Assembly: GCA_009103225.1 (NCBI GenBank)
Contig: RHPI01002699.1
Coordinates: forward strand, 162,578-226,577
Direction: 5' to 3'
DNA length: 64,000 bases
DNA from: Chlorokybus atmophyticus
Lineage: Eukaryota > Plantae > Mesostigma and Chlorokybus algae
Shown: piece after piece, positions 41,473 through 55,683 of the stretch
Position numbering within the stretch: position 1 is the stretch's first letter
Layout: each line of letters starts with the position of its first letter
The notes under the pieces: model-generated
What the model was told of the DNA's origin: nothing
Databases searched by the model: none
Seen by the model: the letters and a program-made list of their open reading frames with translations, nothing else
Position numbers and translations under genes: made by a program

Positions 41473-44400
41473 TCAAGTAACCAGCAGCTTGCCGAGGCTA
41501 CTGATATCCAGAATCTTGATATCGAGGTTCTCGTCCAGCTTGACAATGCCATCAGAAGCATCAATACCAATCAGTTTGCCGGTGTGGCCTCGCAGATCAC
41601 CCGCAAGCACCTTAACCTTGTCGTGCTTCTTCGGCGGCACGAGCTCAAGGTCACCGACACTCACTGTTATCTCCTCTGTTTGCTCCTTCTCCCCGAGCGC
41701 TACTGTACAGCTGCCATTGTCTTGGACCGCACGCACCACGCCAGTTTGTCGCTCATGCGATGGCCTGTCCACAATGACAAGGATGCCCGGCATGGGCCGC
41801 AAGTCTGCAGCACCAACCGCTCCACCCATTCCTGAATTGGACCAACACATTGAGTTTCAGCACAGGCCATGTAATGACAGCAACTCACACACACGCGCAC
41901 GTGCGCACACCATCTACGCACACGTTGCAAGTGTGAGCCACATACCAGGTGACATGATGTCGAGTGCGCCTGCACCCGGCGTCGAGGGAGTGGCAGGGTT
42001 GTAACCGACGGTTGTTGCGCTGGTAAAGCCTGGTGTAGACGGCGTAGCCGGGTTGTAATTCGCCGTGCCAGGATTGTAACCACCTGGCGTTGAAGGCATG
42101 CCATAACCGCCGGCTTGCCCGGGATACGGCGATCGCGCTTCTGCCATGCCAGGTGTGGGGGCATTCCAAGGTGTTTGCGCATCATAAGCCCGAGCCCCAG
42201 GTGTTCCTACACAGAAAGAAAAGCACATAAGCACGTTGTCATACAACTCAAGTACACACTGCTTGAGTAAACTCATTACAACGTGAAAGGGACTGAACTG
42301 GCAACAGCCATACCTGGATTGTGGTCCATGCCAGGGGTGCCTACTGGGGCGTGTTCACTCGGCGTGAAGGGCGGGTACATGTTGTAAGGAGTCTCAGCAG
42401 CCTTGTAGCCTGCAATGGGCCCGCCGGGGCTGTTGCCCCAACCGCCGGGCATCTCATAATCCGAGTCACGAACGGGTGTCGTTGGTCTGTAAGGATGATA
42501 CGGCTGATCTATTGTGTGTGTCGGCGTCTCGCGCACCGGAGTCTTCATGTACGACGGCGTGTCGCGAGCGGGAGTGCGGCTGCCCATAGGCGTGTAGTCC
42601 CGAGCCGGCGTCTGCGGGTACTCTCCAAACCTGCCATGCGACGAGCGGCCCCAACCCTGCTGTTGTTGTTGATGTTGCGGCTTCTCATCTCGGGCGGGTG
42701 CTACAGGCAATTGGTCACGCCTCACGCTAACCGTGCGCATCTGCGATTCCAACTCGAGACGCACGGTGGAATCAGTGGCATCCACAACGCGGCCGGTGTA
42801 ACCCTTCCACGGCCCGGACTTGATCTTGAGGGATTTTCCGATGATAGGGTCTGTGTGATGGCCACGCCCCATGCCATTGCCTTGAAAGCCGCCTCCGCGG
42901 CCAAACCCACCTTGCCTTCCCGGCGTGCCGTGTTGTGTAGGGGAAGGCATCGATCCCGCCATGCCCCCCATCATGCGCGACGGCGTCATAAAGCGTGCCG
43001 GCGACTGAGGCACAAACATGCCGTTGCCGTGCGCAGGAAGGGCCGCGTTGGTGGTCTTTTGCCCGCCCAAAGCTCGGCACAACTTGGCACGCACGCACAC
43101 GATGCCTTGGTTCTCTATCACCTCCCTTGATTGCAGAAACAAAAAACCTTTCTGGATGTGCCGCACTGTGCCCTGCACAACAATACAACATCAACTTATC
43201 ATGCTTGTTGATACAAGTAATGACTGAAGCAATCGACCAACAGATAAGCGCTGCATAAAGCTTGCATCCATGTCTGATACACCAGAAGGGGTAAGAGTGA
43301 GCATGAGGCCTTACCGTCTTATTCTTCATAGCGCCATCAACAATCCGTACGACATCGTCTACAGCAATGGTGTTCATGTAAGCGTCCTGCGTGGTGTACT
43401 TCTTTGAGTACAGCTTGCGCTGAATCTCAGGCAGCCTCACTGTTCGGATATCGGGCCGATCAGGTGTTCCATTATTCGTGAGCACCTGCAGAATTGTTAT
43501 GTCACATACCAAGGCTAAGAGAACAAACAAAACAACCACGGGACACAATTTTGCCAAATACACACTTACAAAAGTCCCATTGTGTGCACACACACCTGGC
43601 AGGCTTCTTTTTCAACTTTGATAATCATTCCGAAGGATGAGTTATCCAGAAGGACAAGGTCATGAAGTTGGAAATTGCCAAAGGTATCGAAGCCGCCAGT
43701 CACTTCTGTACACTCGACCACATCCCGGGCAAACACCTCAATATTCTTCATGGATACATCTGACAGGATGACCAGCACGTTGTTGTGCACGTGCACGACC
43801 ATCCCCGTCTCACTTTCATGACGGCCAGCCAGCACCTTCACGTGGTCCCCGGTGTCAAAGTGCTTGCGCAGCTGCTTGGCTGACAATGAAACCGCTTCCT
43901 GTCACGCACACGCGCAGATCAACATTGAGGTACAAGCAACTTACATGCTTTCCAACTGTTGCAGAGCTGGATTACGCACATGTACACACACCTTGAGGCT
44001 GCCGTCTTTCGCAGAGATGGTGACTTCATCACCATCAACTTGCTCCACTTTGGCTTTGAGCGATATGAGGTCGCCCTCAATGACAACCACTGTGTCGCCC
44101 TTGACAAAAGAAACTTTGGACTGCTGGCCAGTGGGAGGCAGCGCCTTGGACATACCTGTTTTGCCAAGTAAGCAAGCATCGCAACAATTGATGCTACCAA
44201 GGATCATATCAAGTGTCACGTACCCGCAAGATCCATCCCTCCGCCCTCACCGTCGGGGCCTTGGAACTTCTGCAGCTCTTCGTAAGTGGGACTGATGTCT
44301 TTGGTATTCTGAACACATGCACGTTGTTCACAAGTATAAGCGCTGGGCGAGCAGTAAAGCAAGCACTGCAGATGGGGTGAAATACAAAGCATGACAACAA

Positions 44401-46537
44401 CTTACACAACTCTTGAGGGACACGATCTTAATGACGTATCCCTTGTTGAAGCGCTGATTGGCAAAGATTTCATGGTAGTCACCCGTAATGTTATCACGGC
44501 GGCGATCAAGTGGTAGACCGAGGTCTCTGCCATTAGCGAAAAAATAAAGGATCAAGGTCTGCAGAATACAAGTGAAATGCAAGCTTTTCACTTGTATTCA
44601 CAACCAAAGTGCTTGTGAAATAACTTACTTTGCATCCTGTGCGTTGAATAGACGCTGAGGAGGCCGAGGCCTTTTGCGGTTTGCATAATCCTTATCATCC
44701 TGAGAAAGTTGCCAGTTTCAGACACTTGTGACTCCATGTCCATTGATTGCGGCTGAGTTCAACTACATACGCAAACACTTACGGCCTTGGCTGCAATTGC
44801 AGCAAAATCCAAGCGTGGCACAAGCTTCACCGTGCAGCGTTGACGCACATAGTCCACATCAAGAACCTGAAACGCGCCAAAGGTGTCAAAGGTGTAAGCT
44901 CCTGTTCTCCCAAACAGTCAAGAGACTTGAAATTGGACACAATAATCTGTGCACACCTGTCCAAGATCACCCTTGTATGTCCCGTTGCGAATGCGAATCC
45001 AAGAGCCTTCCTGCAGGTTCGCGTCTTTCGCATTCACGTTGAGGACGTCCACCATCTCACGAATGGGAACAAGCTTCGGTGGTTTATAGTAAAACATGCG
45101 CAGACCAGTGGTTGCCTGCCAAGCATACCAACTGAGGATCAAAGCCGATGTAAAGTAAAGCTTGGCTCTATAATGACTTACACAACATAGTCACGTGTGA
45201 ACACATAGTTGCGCCTGTGTAGGCATACAAAATGCTGGCGCATGTCCTCACCGATCGCACATGGGACTCTGCGTATGCCTCAACGTAAACGTATCCCTTG
45301 AGGTGGTCCAGTGCAATTGCGGACTTGATGAGGAGCGGCTCCCCAGCCGCAGCTTTGTCAAGAAATTTCTGCATGAGGCAGGCTGCACCCTCTCTTTCAT
45401 GACCAGTCTGTACCGGGACAAGTTTAGTAGGCCCATAACGCAGCATTGCACAACAATCTCACGCACTGCTGCACGGACTGCTGCACGCATGCACATGCAC
45501 ATACACACCACCTGGGCCTGATATCACCTTGCAGCCGACCATCCACAACTTGGGGTCCTTGACGGAAGGAAACAGACCTTGCTGCTCTACTTCAGAGCGC
45601 TCAGCATCGTCCATCTCCTGATACCTTGCTGACCCGTACCTCTCCTCAATAAACTTCTGGATCTCCTCATCATTGTCCTCCTCTCTGTTGCGCATGTCCA
45701 TGCGTTGATGAACACGAGAGACGGGCTCTGCCAGGCTTCCGGGCAAGTCTGCATCGCGATCATCGATGAGATCCTCCGCGTCCTCCTCCTCTTCTTCCTC
45801 ATCGCTTTCTGCAACTGCGGCAGTATCATCAATGAAGGGATTGGCGCGGGCTCGCTTGCGCCTTGTTGTGCCATCCTCCTCATCATCTTCGTCTTCATCG
45901 TCATCTTCCTCTGCGGCCTCATCAAGAAACTCTGACCTGCAGTACGCAAGGCAACCAACTTTCAGGAAAAGTTTGCAAACAACCTTCAAGGCTTGCACTG
46001 TAGGCATGGGAAAACAGCCAGATTGGCAGTCATATCTTGCAACTGAACTACGCCCAACATCCTGCAAGTATGATACTAGCAACGAAAATTTGCAATGTTC
46101 AAGCACACAAGCCAGCTGGCTGGCGTGCTTTGTATAAGCTATGCATACAGTAAGCTGTTGTAGTTACTATGCTTGACATTGTGCATGCATATTGCGGTCG
46201 GCTAGTAATATTCACAATGCGGTTATTGAGAGAATAGAGCTGCCAACTTCAAGATGGTCTACAAGTTGAAGTAAAGCGATTGAAGCAAAGTGCAGCAGAG
46301 AGCTAAAAGACCAGCAAGACTGAGTTACCGTTTGCGGGATTTCTGCGCTTTAGCTGGTTGCTTGCGTTTTGAGGCTTTAGGCGGCGCTTTCGACGCCTTC
46401 GACTTGCTCTTCTTCTTATCATCCTCATCGCTCGCCTCATCCTCGTCGCTGAACTCCTCGTCCTCCTCGTCCTCCTCCTCCTGCTCCGACTCCTCGTCCT
46501 CGTCGTCGTCAAACCGGCCCTTGCCCTTGCGCGCCAT
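41473..46537 (-). CDS. SPT5: Transcription elongation factor SPT5 (acidic N-terminus, NGN, KOW domains, CTR)
   Basis: Acidic N-terminus; PSVKDPKLWMV.CK; LKGYVYVEAY; GSWIRIRNGTYKGDLG; FVKGDTVVVIEGDL; FDTGDHVKVLAGRHE; IKSGPWKGYTGRV; TP-rich CTR (RTPARD, YNPATPSTPG); C-terminal KOW KHDKVKVLAG..GKLIGID. Confidence 0.97.
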
Positions 46538-48383
46538 GTTTGGGCCGGGCGATGGGGGGCGCAGGTGCTACCTCCCAAGCCCAACAACAACGATAATGAC
46601 AGCAACCAGCTCAACAACACCGCCCACCACAGCAACAAAGCAGCGAACCCTAATTTCTGCCCAGTAGGTTGTTGTCCGCCTTCTCCTTGCTAAATACAGA
46701 CAGCTGGCTAACTGGTCAGCTCGCTAGCTATAGACGGCGTGCGCCGCTCCCCGCTGTCAACAAGCAGGCCGCGGCGGCGGCGATGGCGACGTTGAGCTGA
46801 GCGCTACTGTGCCGTCACTGCACGACCCAGGTTATCTTTCTAACCAAGACACGCTTAGGCGCGAGGAGTGCCACTTCCAGTACGCATGCTGTCCACCAAG
46901 TTCGACTGGTTGGCTTCAGCAGGGTCAATAACAGGCTTGACACTCTTAACAAGTTGTCAATGACAAGTTGCTTCACGGGTTAATCGGCTATCACGTCTTT
47001 AAGGGCTGTACGTGAGGTTGCCTGCACTCCAGGTCCGTCTCGTCTAGATACGTAGGCTTTGGAACTCATAGATGTAGCGCAAAAAATATGTCAAATTTTA
47101 AAAAGATTCACCTCATATGCGAGAGGACATACAACACCCCACCTCTATCAAGGTGTTAAATTGGCAGCTTACTCGCAAATTGACACGGTACAAGGGGTGA
47201 GCATAACGACAATAAGATACGGATGTTCGTACACTGTAATGCAGGACAATTTGCTTAGGAGGTACGCAATGATTAAAGAATTAACCATTGTGTACTTCTA
47301 AGCAATTGTTTCATGACAACGGTTGAAGAGCATAACTCGTTAATATTGTGTGTAAGTTTAGAGGCCTATTGCGTCTGCTTTGCATGTTAAAATCAATCCG
47401 AATGCAATATACTAGCTTTCCAAGTGTTGTTGATGTAATGCGCACTTAGCAACAGAGACACTGGGCATTGAAGCATCACAAGCATCACAACAGCAAGTAG
47501 GCAGGCAACGGAATTAAGGCAAGGTCAGAGCAAACTATGTGCTGTGGCTAAGTGCATGGAATGTGGTGTGCGTATGCGCCTGCATTTTACATGTGGTCAT
47601 GTTGTATGTATGGCATGTGTGCATATGCTTATTAAGATGCACTTGGTTGTATTGATTGCAACTACAAAACTACCAATCGAATATGAACTTCGGGCGAACA
47701 CCCGGAGCCAATAAAACAACATCTATGACGGGGAGTTAATATCTACACATTGTACCATATCACTTCCCACCCCTACTTGTCTACGTCTACTGCTACCGTG
47801 CCGCCGCTATCTAACATTCGGCCCTTGTGCTACCGTTGGACTAGCGCTACTGGCTATGCTTATCCTGCCTTGCACGCACATAGGAGCCCTGCAAACTCAT
47901 TTAGCTTAGTTGCATTGCCGCGTGCGAATGTATGCTTGTGCGAGCTGTGCTACATCTGCTTACTGTCTGGATTTTCTATTTGAACCTATGCTTCTCACCT
48001 TCGCATCAGTTCCCTTATATAGGCAAGAATAACACTTCATAAGAGAAGGTTATGGTGCTGTCCGCAAGCAACTTGCTGGACATAAGTCTGGAACTCGCCT
48101 TACCTCAGTCAAGTTGGTTGGCGTGTGCTTATGATGGCGTGTACTGGGTAGGCAGCTATGCTATCATCTCGTGTATGAGTGTGGGTATGCTTTGCACAGG
48201 CAAAACTGATGGAAAGATTGCATGTGACGCCGCTTGTGCACCGCCGCTCAGCCTATGCAAGGGGTGACCCATGACACAATACGACCAATGCATATGGTAA
48301 TATTGAATGTACAAACTTAACCTAATACTACCCACAACTACTGTACCCAACTCCACTTGCAACTGGCAACACCTAACAGATAA

Positions 48384-51300
48384 TCAAGCCATGCTGTAAT
48401 TTACCTCCGCAGCTGGCTCTACATTGTAGGACGACGGTGCAGGCGCCTGGTGAGCAACATCATCTTCTTCGTCTTCTAGTTCCCCAAGCCACCGTGACAC
48501 GCGTGGACTATGCACTGTCGACGCCGGTGCCTGCGGTTGCGGGCCGCGGAATATCAAGTCCTTGCGTGTGATGATGCCGACAACCCTGCACAGGTTGACA
48601 ACCAATGCAACATGGTGAGCCGCAGCTTGTGCACAACATGATGCAGGGAATTACCGTGTTGGCAAAGAAGGTAGCAACAGTACTCACTTGTTGTCAAGGT
48701 CAACAACAGCCAGATGACGCAGGCCTAGGCCTCGAAAAAGCGAGTACACTCGTACAGCTGACACAACCGGATGCACCTGAAAGACCACAACGCCATTGAG
48801 ACAAGGTAAGCAGCTGTCAAAAGGACAAACCCCACAGCAGTATTTCCGCTCACCGTTACAGGCGATATGTGCATATAAGGCCCAATGTCCACCGTCAACG
48901 GCAAGGATGACTGCTGGGTGCGGTGGTCATCAGCGCTTGCATGATCAACATCAGCGTCACTGCTATGCCCCATCTGAGGCTTGTCCTTCAGCACCCAATC
49001 CAGCATAAGCTTGTCGACGGTTTCTGGGCACGACGACAAGTGCCGGCAATGCTTGTTGTGCCGAAAGTGGTAAATGCGCATCTCCTGTTCCAACTCTGCC
49101 TCAGTGGCGGCGGCAGCTGTGGCGGCGGCAGCGAATGCGCCATTGTGGTGGGCAGCTGCAACGGCAGCGAGAAGCTGACTCCTTGTTTGATTGACCGGTG
49201 CTGAGTAAGTGAAAGCCCGGCGCTGTAACAGCACCAGCAGCTGGCTGCGGAGGATGAAGCCGCACAGCTTTCCCGCATGTGGATGGTTGTTATTGTGCAA
49301 AACAGGAAACCCGTTGTGTTCACAACTTCGCAAGGTGCGCAGGATCACTGCCACTTGTTCCACCTGTATACGTTGCTTGATTTATACAATCTGTCTAATC
49401 AATTTGTGGGAATTTACTACCAGCATATGGCCCTGGCAAGTACTGACGTATGATACCAACCAGTGATGAAAGTACCTCACGAAAACAGATGGCATCTTTG
49501 GCCATGATGTCTGCAGCTGATAGGTCACGAAGAGCAGACGGAGGATCCGAGGTGAGAAACGCCAGATTGGCTGTACAACACAATGTCACGACTAAGATAA
49601 TGCGATACCGCACTCGACTCTGCAGCATGCGTTGACAGAGCACATACGAGTTCAGCCATACTGAGCGGAGCCTACCTTCTCTCTCGAGGTCATTTTCGTA
49701 CACTCCAGCATGGTAAAAGTGGTGTGCAACATAATTTGCCACCACAACTGCCGCAATGATTGCAAACAAAAAGTCGATGGCACCTGTTCCTTCCACAACG
49801 ATTACTACCTGCGGGTGTGGTATAGCCACACTCAAGTGTTGACAATCTCACAGCAGTATGCAGCCTTTACGTCTTTACGGCAAGCAGACATTATGTTACA
49901 CATGGCCATAAACTCGAAGATAGTGAACTGAGGTTGCCTACACTACGAAACGCAGCGAGCTCACCAGCGATATGGTTGAGCGAAACACGCCACCCAACAT
50001 GGCAGTTGCGCCCACCTAATGGTACACAAAGGTGTAAGTGACATGTATGCATTGCACGCAGCCCTAGCATGCTGCCAAAGAGCTTACCAGGGCAAACAGT
50101 CCTGGTTCAATACGCAAACTGCCCAATACAACAGCAGATCATCAGTTACATGCTAAAGCAGCGGCAAGTGTGTCCCGTTACAATCCTAGCCCGAGTAACG
50201 TAGTGAAGCAGCAACCATATTGTGTACAAGGACCCAAAAAGCACGCACGAACAAACGCACACGAACCTTGGGAAGTACTGCGCAAAGCCAACTCCAAAGA
50301 CCGCTCCAATGCCTGCACCAGACTGCCGTATGAAGACACTGTTAGGGGCCGCTGATCAGAAGTGGTGAAGTGGCAAACAGCATCTCAAGTGAACAGTGCA
50401 GATTACCCACCGTGATTGAAGGCATGAACAGGCCACCAGGCACTGCAATGCCAAATGCAAGACTAGACAACAAGACATAGCTTGCAGCAAATATGCACAG
50501 GCTTCGGAAGGTGAACGTGATGGGCTTGTTATCCCTCATTTCCAGGAAGCGCTTGACGACCTGCAAATGGATGCATCGACCCTCAGTTCAGCCACCATGT
50601 TATTTGCGTCTGATGTAGCACCCACACCTGTTCTGGCAAAGCAAAGAAGCATGTGGCTAGGTCGTTGTAGTATGGTCGCGACTGCAAGTCCAATTCAGTG
50701 CAAGAAAACTGAAAACCAAAGTCTCCATCCTTGTCCGTATCCCTGCAGCATCACCACCAGTCAACGCACAACAAACACAGTCAACTAACCCGCAAAGCCA
50801 TCCAACAACCCAACCACTCCTGTCCTTACCATGACTCTGGCTGTGGCAAGCAGCGGCCGAAGAAATGAGGAAGTAGAAAAATTGTGATGACACAAATGGT
50901 AACCACCAGCAGCGCCTCAAAATATCTGCAAACAGACCTAGTTGGAATTTGCCAAGTTGGTATGCATCGACACAACGGCAGCATACCTGTACACAGGTTT
51001 GTGCCGTGACGGACGTATCTTTGCCAACCACTCGTGCAGAATGTTGAAAAAAGCCCCAACAACCCCAATCACAGCGGCAGTCAAAATGAACAGTGGCAGC
51101 TCCCAGAATCTAAAGCTCAGCTGAATACACAGTTGCGTCATCAGCGGAACGAAAAAGAAGAGAGGTGGTTTAAAGGCTAACGACCCATCTATGGCCAGAG
51201 GCAACTTGCACACACTGAATGACGACAGAGCCAGGTAAGGACGCTGTAATGCAACCATCCTGACTACAGTACAGTTGCATGCTTACTCGTAGGCTTTTGA

Positions 51301-53306
51301 ATGAAATCAAGCCAGGTATCGTCAGCTGTGTCCATGGCCTGCAGTTGCACACAAGTCGTTAGTATGGTCGAGCTCACAAGTTATTGGTGTAGGATGGCCA
51401 TAGCACGGAACAGCAAGCAACTTACCCATGCAGCAATGCCAGCACAAAGCTAGCGGACGATGCACACAGCAGGCACCGCCACATCACCTGCATGCAGTCA
51501 ACGTTCAAGTGTCTTGCAACAGTTTGCTGTCGGCATTTGATGAACTACATGGCGTTGCTATGCAGTATAGCACCACATACCTTACGCGACCAAAACGAAG
51601 CTGCCTCTTCCAGCGCAAACAACACGCCTCCTATGGGAGCGCCAAAGGCAGCAGCAATACTACAATGAAGTTCGGAGGTTAGACTGCCAGCAACTTTACA
51701 AGTGTTAAAAATACAACAGCAATGCATACCCTGCAGCAGCTCCAGCAGACAAGAATTCCCTTTGATCCTCGTCCTTGTGAAAATCCTGCACACACAAGTC
51801 CAATGCCTCAACAGTACATCTTGTTGTGCACATCTGCACCTAGTTATGTACCGCATGCAAGTGAGAGAGACTGATGGCGATCGGAACGACTCTTTAAGGC
51901 AAAGGTGTTGTGCATGAGCTTACAAAGAGAAAGCTTGGCCTCGTGACTGTTTGCGCCACACTGTGTGTGGCTTGACAGTCTGGACTGCTGCAGTCAATAG
52001 CGTGACCCACTGAGGTATAAGGCACTGTTGTGGTTGCACGGCGTGGAGACCACACAGTGGTGAAGAATGATGCAATGCAGGTGCCAATCTGCACCATCGG
52101 GCCTTCGGGGCCGACCTGCAAGCAGGTGCAGAGAAACATCAACACAGCAATGGATGTGTTACAACATGGGAGAGAAGCAACCAATGTCGCATCGACAGAC
52201 ATGTCCTGGATGGGCGGGCTTACAGGCAAGGAAGAGGTCATGCTGCATATGGTGCCCACAATCTGCACACAGGTGCTTCAGCATTATATACAAACACTGC
52301 TTACGACATTTAGCAACGGCGACCAGTCAACGCTGAACACCTTAACGACTAGGGTGCGTGGCCGTAGAAAATCTGGCACATGCGCCCCATTGAGGTAAGC
52401 CATGACTAGTGTGACCCCACCGCCAGCAGCTGCAGGCGCCACAAACAGCACCTGGGGTGGCAGCACATGAACAAAGCAGCACAGACTACATGCAAACATG
52501 TATCTCGCCAGTTGCTTACCAGGAAACTTGAGAAAGAAACCAGGGCAAAGTCGAAAGCTACAAACGCCACAACTGCTTTCCACAGGCTTTCTTGCATTGC
52601 TACCAATGTCCATGCATTCTGCGTGGTATCCGGTATCAGCAACTCACGCATTGTTAGAGTCCAGCTGGCAGCGGTGTTTGATGTTACCTTCGTGAGCTCA
52701 ACTTGCCGGGCTGTCCACTCTATAACAAAAGCCACCACGCCTGCATACACATGCATCGCTGCAACCATTTGACAAGACACACATAGCACGCCACCCGCAA
52801 CATTGTAGAGAATAGACAACTGCTTACCTGTCAACACTCCAATGAGGAACGTAACACCCCACTTGGCCAGCGTGTTCCCAGTGTAGCTGCGAGGTGCATG
52901 CATGCAATGAGTGGCTATGCAGAAGGAAGGTTCGCGTCAACCCCAACTTTTACAAGTCAACACAATGCTGACGTCAATAGGTGTTACGCTTCGATCACGC
53001 TGGAAGCAGCAGGTAGCAAGTGGAGAACGAAAGCAAGCACGATTACGCTGCGAGAAGCATGTTTACAGCATACAATTGCGTTGCATAACATCTGTCCACT
53101 CACCCATAGAACCGGCGGGGCATCTTGCTGAACTTGTGGGCTGAAAGGGTAACTGAGCCAACAACATTCTGCACCGGTTCATAGTCTAAGCTCTCTATGA
53201 CATTGGTGTGCTCAGTCCGCCTGACGGGCCTCCTGCGTCGCGCAGGGCGCCCGTTCATCAGCAGCGGAGTGTTTAAAATTGCCGCCTCCATGTCCTGTTC
53301 CTCCAT
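48384..53306 (-). CDS. CLC: CLC anion channel/transporter (CLC-d/CLC-6/7-like architecture) with two CBS domains
   Basis: IESLDYE, KWGVTFLIG..TG, GGGVTLVMAYLNG, GPEGPMVQIG, AAFGAPIGGVLFALEE, VPGGLFMPSITVG, CBS1 HNGFPV..GFILRSQL and CBS2 VGIITRKDL. Start at 53306 is inferred. Confidence 0.93.
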
Positions 53307-54251
53307 GTCCTTGCTCCCTGCTAGCAGCACGCCTCCGTCTATGTGGCCCTGTTAGCCTTCTCCTGCTGCTCTTCCTCTTCCTCTTCCGCCTCCTCCATGT
53401 TTACTGCTCCATGCCCAGCGAAGCGCCACCAGCATCAATGCTAGCAGAATTGTGTATAGTTTTGACTTCTACAAGTATAGCCTGCGCCGATTGCCCTGCC
53501 ATTGCGTCAACCATATCGCCGATCACGTCGCTGGCAAGCCCGCCGCCACCGCCGGCGTGGCTGCTGCATGCAAGCTGCATGCCACTTAAGGAAAAATTCG
53601 GAGTTATTTCCCGCATTGCGAGAACGCCGATAATGTGCCGTCCGCAAAATGTGAGAAACATTCTACGAACCAATATGTTGCGTTGCTGGACTGATCATCG
53701 TACACATCGTAGTATTTGCGGCTACGGGGCTTTTGCCATAATGCCAGTACGGTAGGGCTAGAGTCGTAAGTTCACTGGAGACGATTGCCAAGCGCGTCTC
53801 GCATGCGGTCACGGTTTGCCACCACCGGCGGTGGCAGACTGGTGTCCAATTCATTGCACCGGACAAGCGGGTTTCAGCGCTGGTTGTCCGATACACAGGG
53901 ACTACCCGGTAGTCGCGCCCGGCTGTGGAGTTTCGTGCCGGATGACAGGCGGCTTAACGCGGTGTTGGCCGTTTTGGTTGAGAAGGCCGCTCTTTTTGGC
54001 AGTGTACGGGAGCATTGCTCTCACATGCAACGGACCATTCCGCTTCGTTGCACAGCTGGCATGAATTGACCTGCGCTACGTCAATGACCCTGGCTCTGCA
54101 GGGTTTGGCGGAACTGCCGGTCGTTGTACCGGTATCTGTTGCACACAACCGGCTGGGGCACTCAACAGCGATGGGCCATTCACACTTCTCTCACACATCT
54201 GTAGCGATTCTGATAGGTCTTGGGTCACGTACAGGATACCAGTACAGTGTA

Positions 54252-54679
54252 CAGTCCAACCTCAATAAGTGCATATTCGATTAGTGCATATCCGCGTTTA
54301 GTGCATAAATTTGGCCATCACCGACGTCTTCAGGGGGAAGACCTGTGCGTTAAGAGCATTTGCATTTATCGATAAGTGCATACCTTGAGATGCTCAACCT
54401 TTGGTGTGTCTATGCACTCATCGAGGTGAATTGCGCTTAAGTTACAGAATTATTGTTATGACTACAGTGTATCATAGTTGCGGTCGTACACGTTACAACA
54501 TAACTCAGGATTAGGCTTACTTAATAAGTGCATAGGTTATGCATTTATGCCAAGCCTAAGTGCATAATATATGCACGTAAAGCGGGTGCATAACTTATGC
54601 ACTTAACGAGGATGCATAAACGCAATAAGTGCATACATAAGCCCGTTCCCGATGGTATGCACTTATCGAGGTTAGACTG
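54252..54679. mobile_element. Tc1/mariner-pogo type MITE (428 bp)
   Basis: 24-bp TIRs CAGTCCAACCTCAATAAGTGCATA / TATGCACTTATCGAGGTTAGACTG (2 mismatches), TA on both sides, many internal GTGCATA/TATGCAC subrepeats. Confidence 0.88.
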
Positions 54680-55683
54680 TAGTAGACTAGTCTTGCTCTG
54701 TACCATAGTCTGCCCCCTTTCAGAGCATAATGTTTATCCTTCGCTATCTTATGCTTTTGGCGGAGTCGTTCTCTGGCGTTTAAGAGCATAATGTGCTCTT
54801 GACACGGACTTTCGCAAGATTTGCGTAAATGCTTACCATTGCACAATCATGAGCTTGAGCATGTGTGTTTCATCGTCTATGCGTTAATAATCTTGCATGT
54901 GTATGCACACATGCTTGGTTTGCTGATGGTTGCATACATTAAGATGCTTGCGATATCACGGGCAATGTGCATAACCACATGTACACAACTGAGGCAAGGA
55001 ACATAATAGAAGCAGCACCCACATCTAGTACACAAGTCAACAACGCATAATCTACATCAATCATCAACCATTGAAGGGTCCTCGACAATCGCACAAATGC
55101 TGTGAGCGATGTCGAAGCATCATTACCCGAAGCATGAAAGAACTCGGGCAAATGAGTCCGATGTGAGGAGCCGAACAACTGATGACGAGTCACAACATCA
55201 CGCATCTGCCGCAATGCCATCTGCAAATGCTCTGACACAAAGCACTCACTACTGGTAATGAAGGCTTCAACACCACTCGACTGCTGAAGACATCCAAATG
55301 TCGTCACTGTCGGTGGTGCGAACTCATCATCATTTAGCATATCATCAAGTATAGTATAAGTAATAAGCAACAGCAATTGCACATATGTCATGCTTAGTGC
55401 CCACGCATACAAGCCTTCATCGGGCATGCCTACATCAAAACCATCGCCCTGCCTACCAGCGCGCGCGCGTCACTGACCAGCTAGGTCAAAACTCCAGAGT
55501 AGCTCACGACCATAGCCTACATAGGCACCGCGCATGGCTGTTCAATTGTGAGTTCAGTAATAAGTTGTGTGTTATATCGAGAAGCGATTGCTGTAGAAAT
55601 AGCCTCGATATGATCGTTAGCTTATATTTTGAACAGTCATGATTTGACTTGTATAAGTAGTCACAGTGTTCACTGGATCAGCT

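Noticed and set aside
41473-46537. SPT5-like/KTF1 (RdDM) paralogue
   Set aside because: Only two isolated GW pairs and no long WG/GW tail; it has a TP-rich CTR and C-terminal KOW typical of canonical SPT5.
53401-53673. ORF as the CLC N-terminus
   Set aside because: It ends in TAA before the CLC frame and has no evident splice link; treated as upstream sequence.
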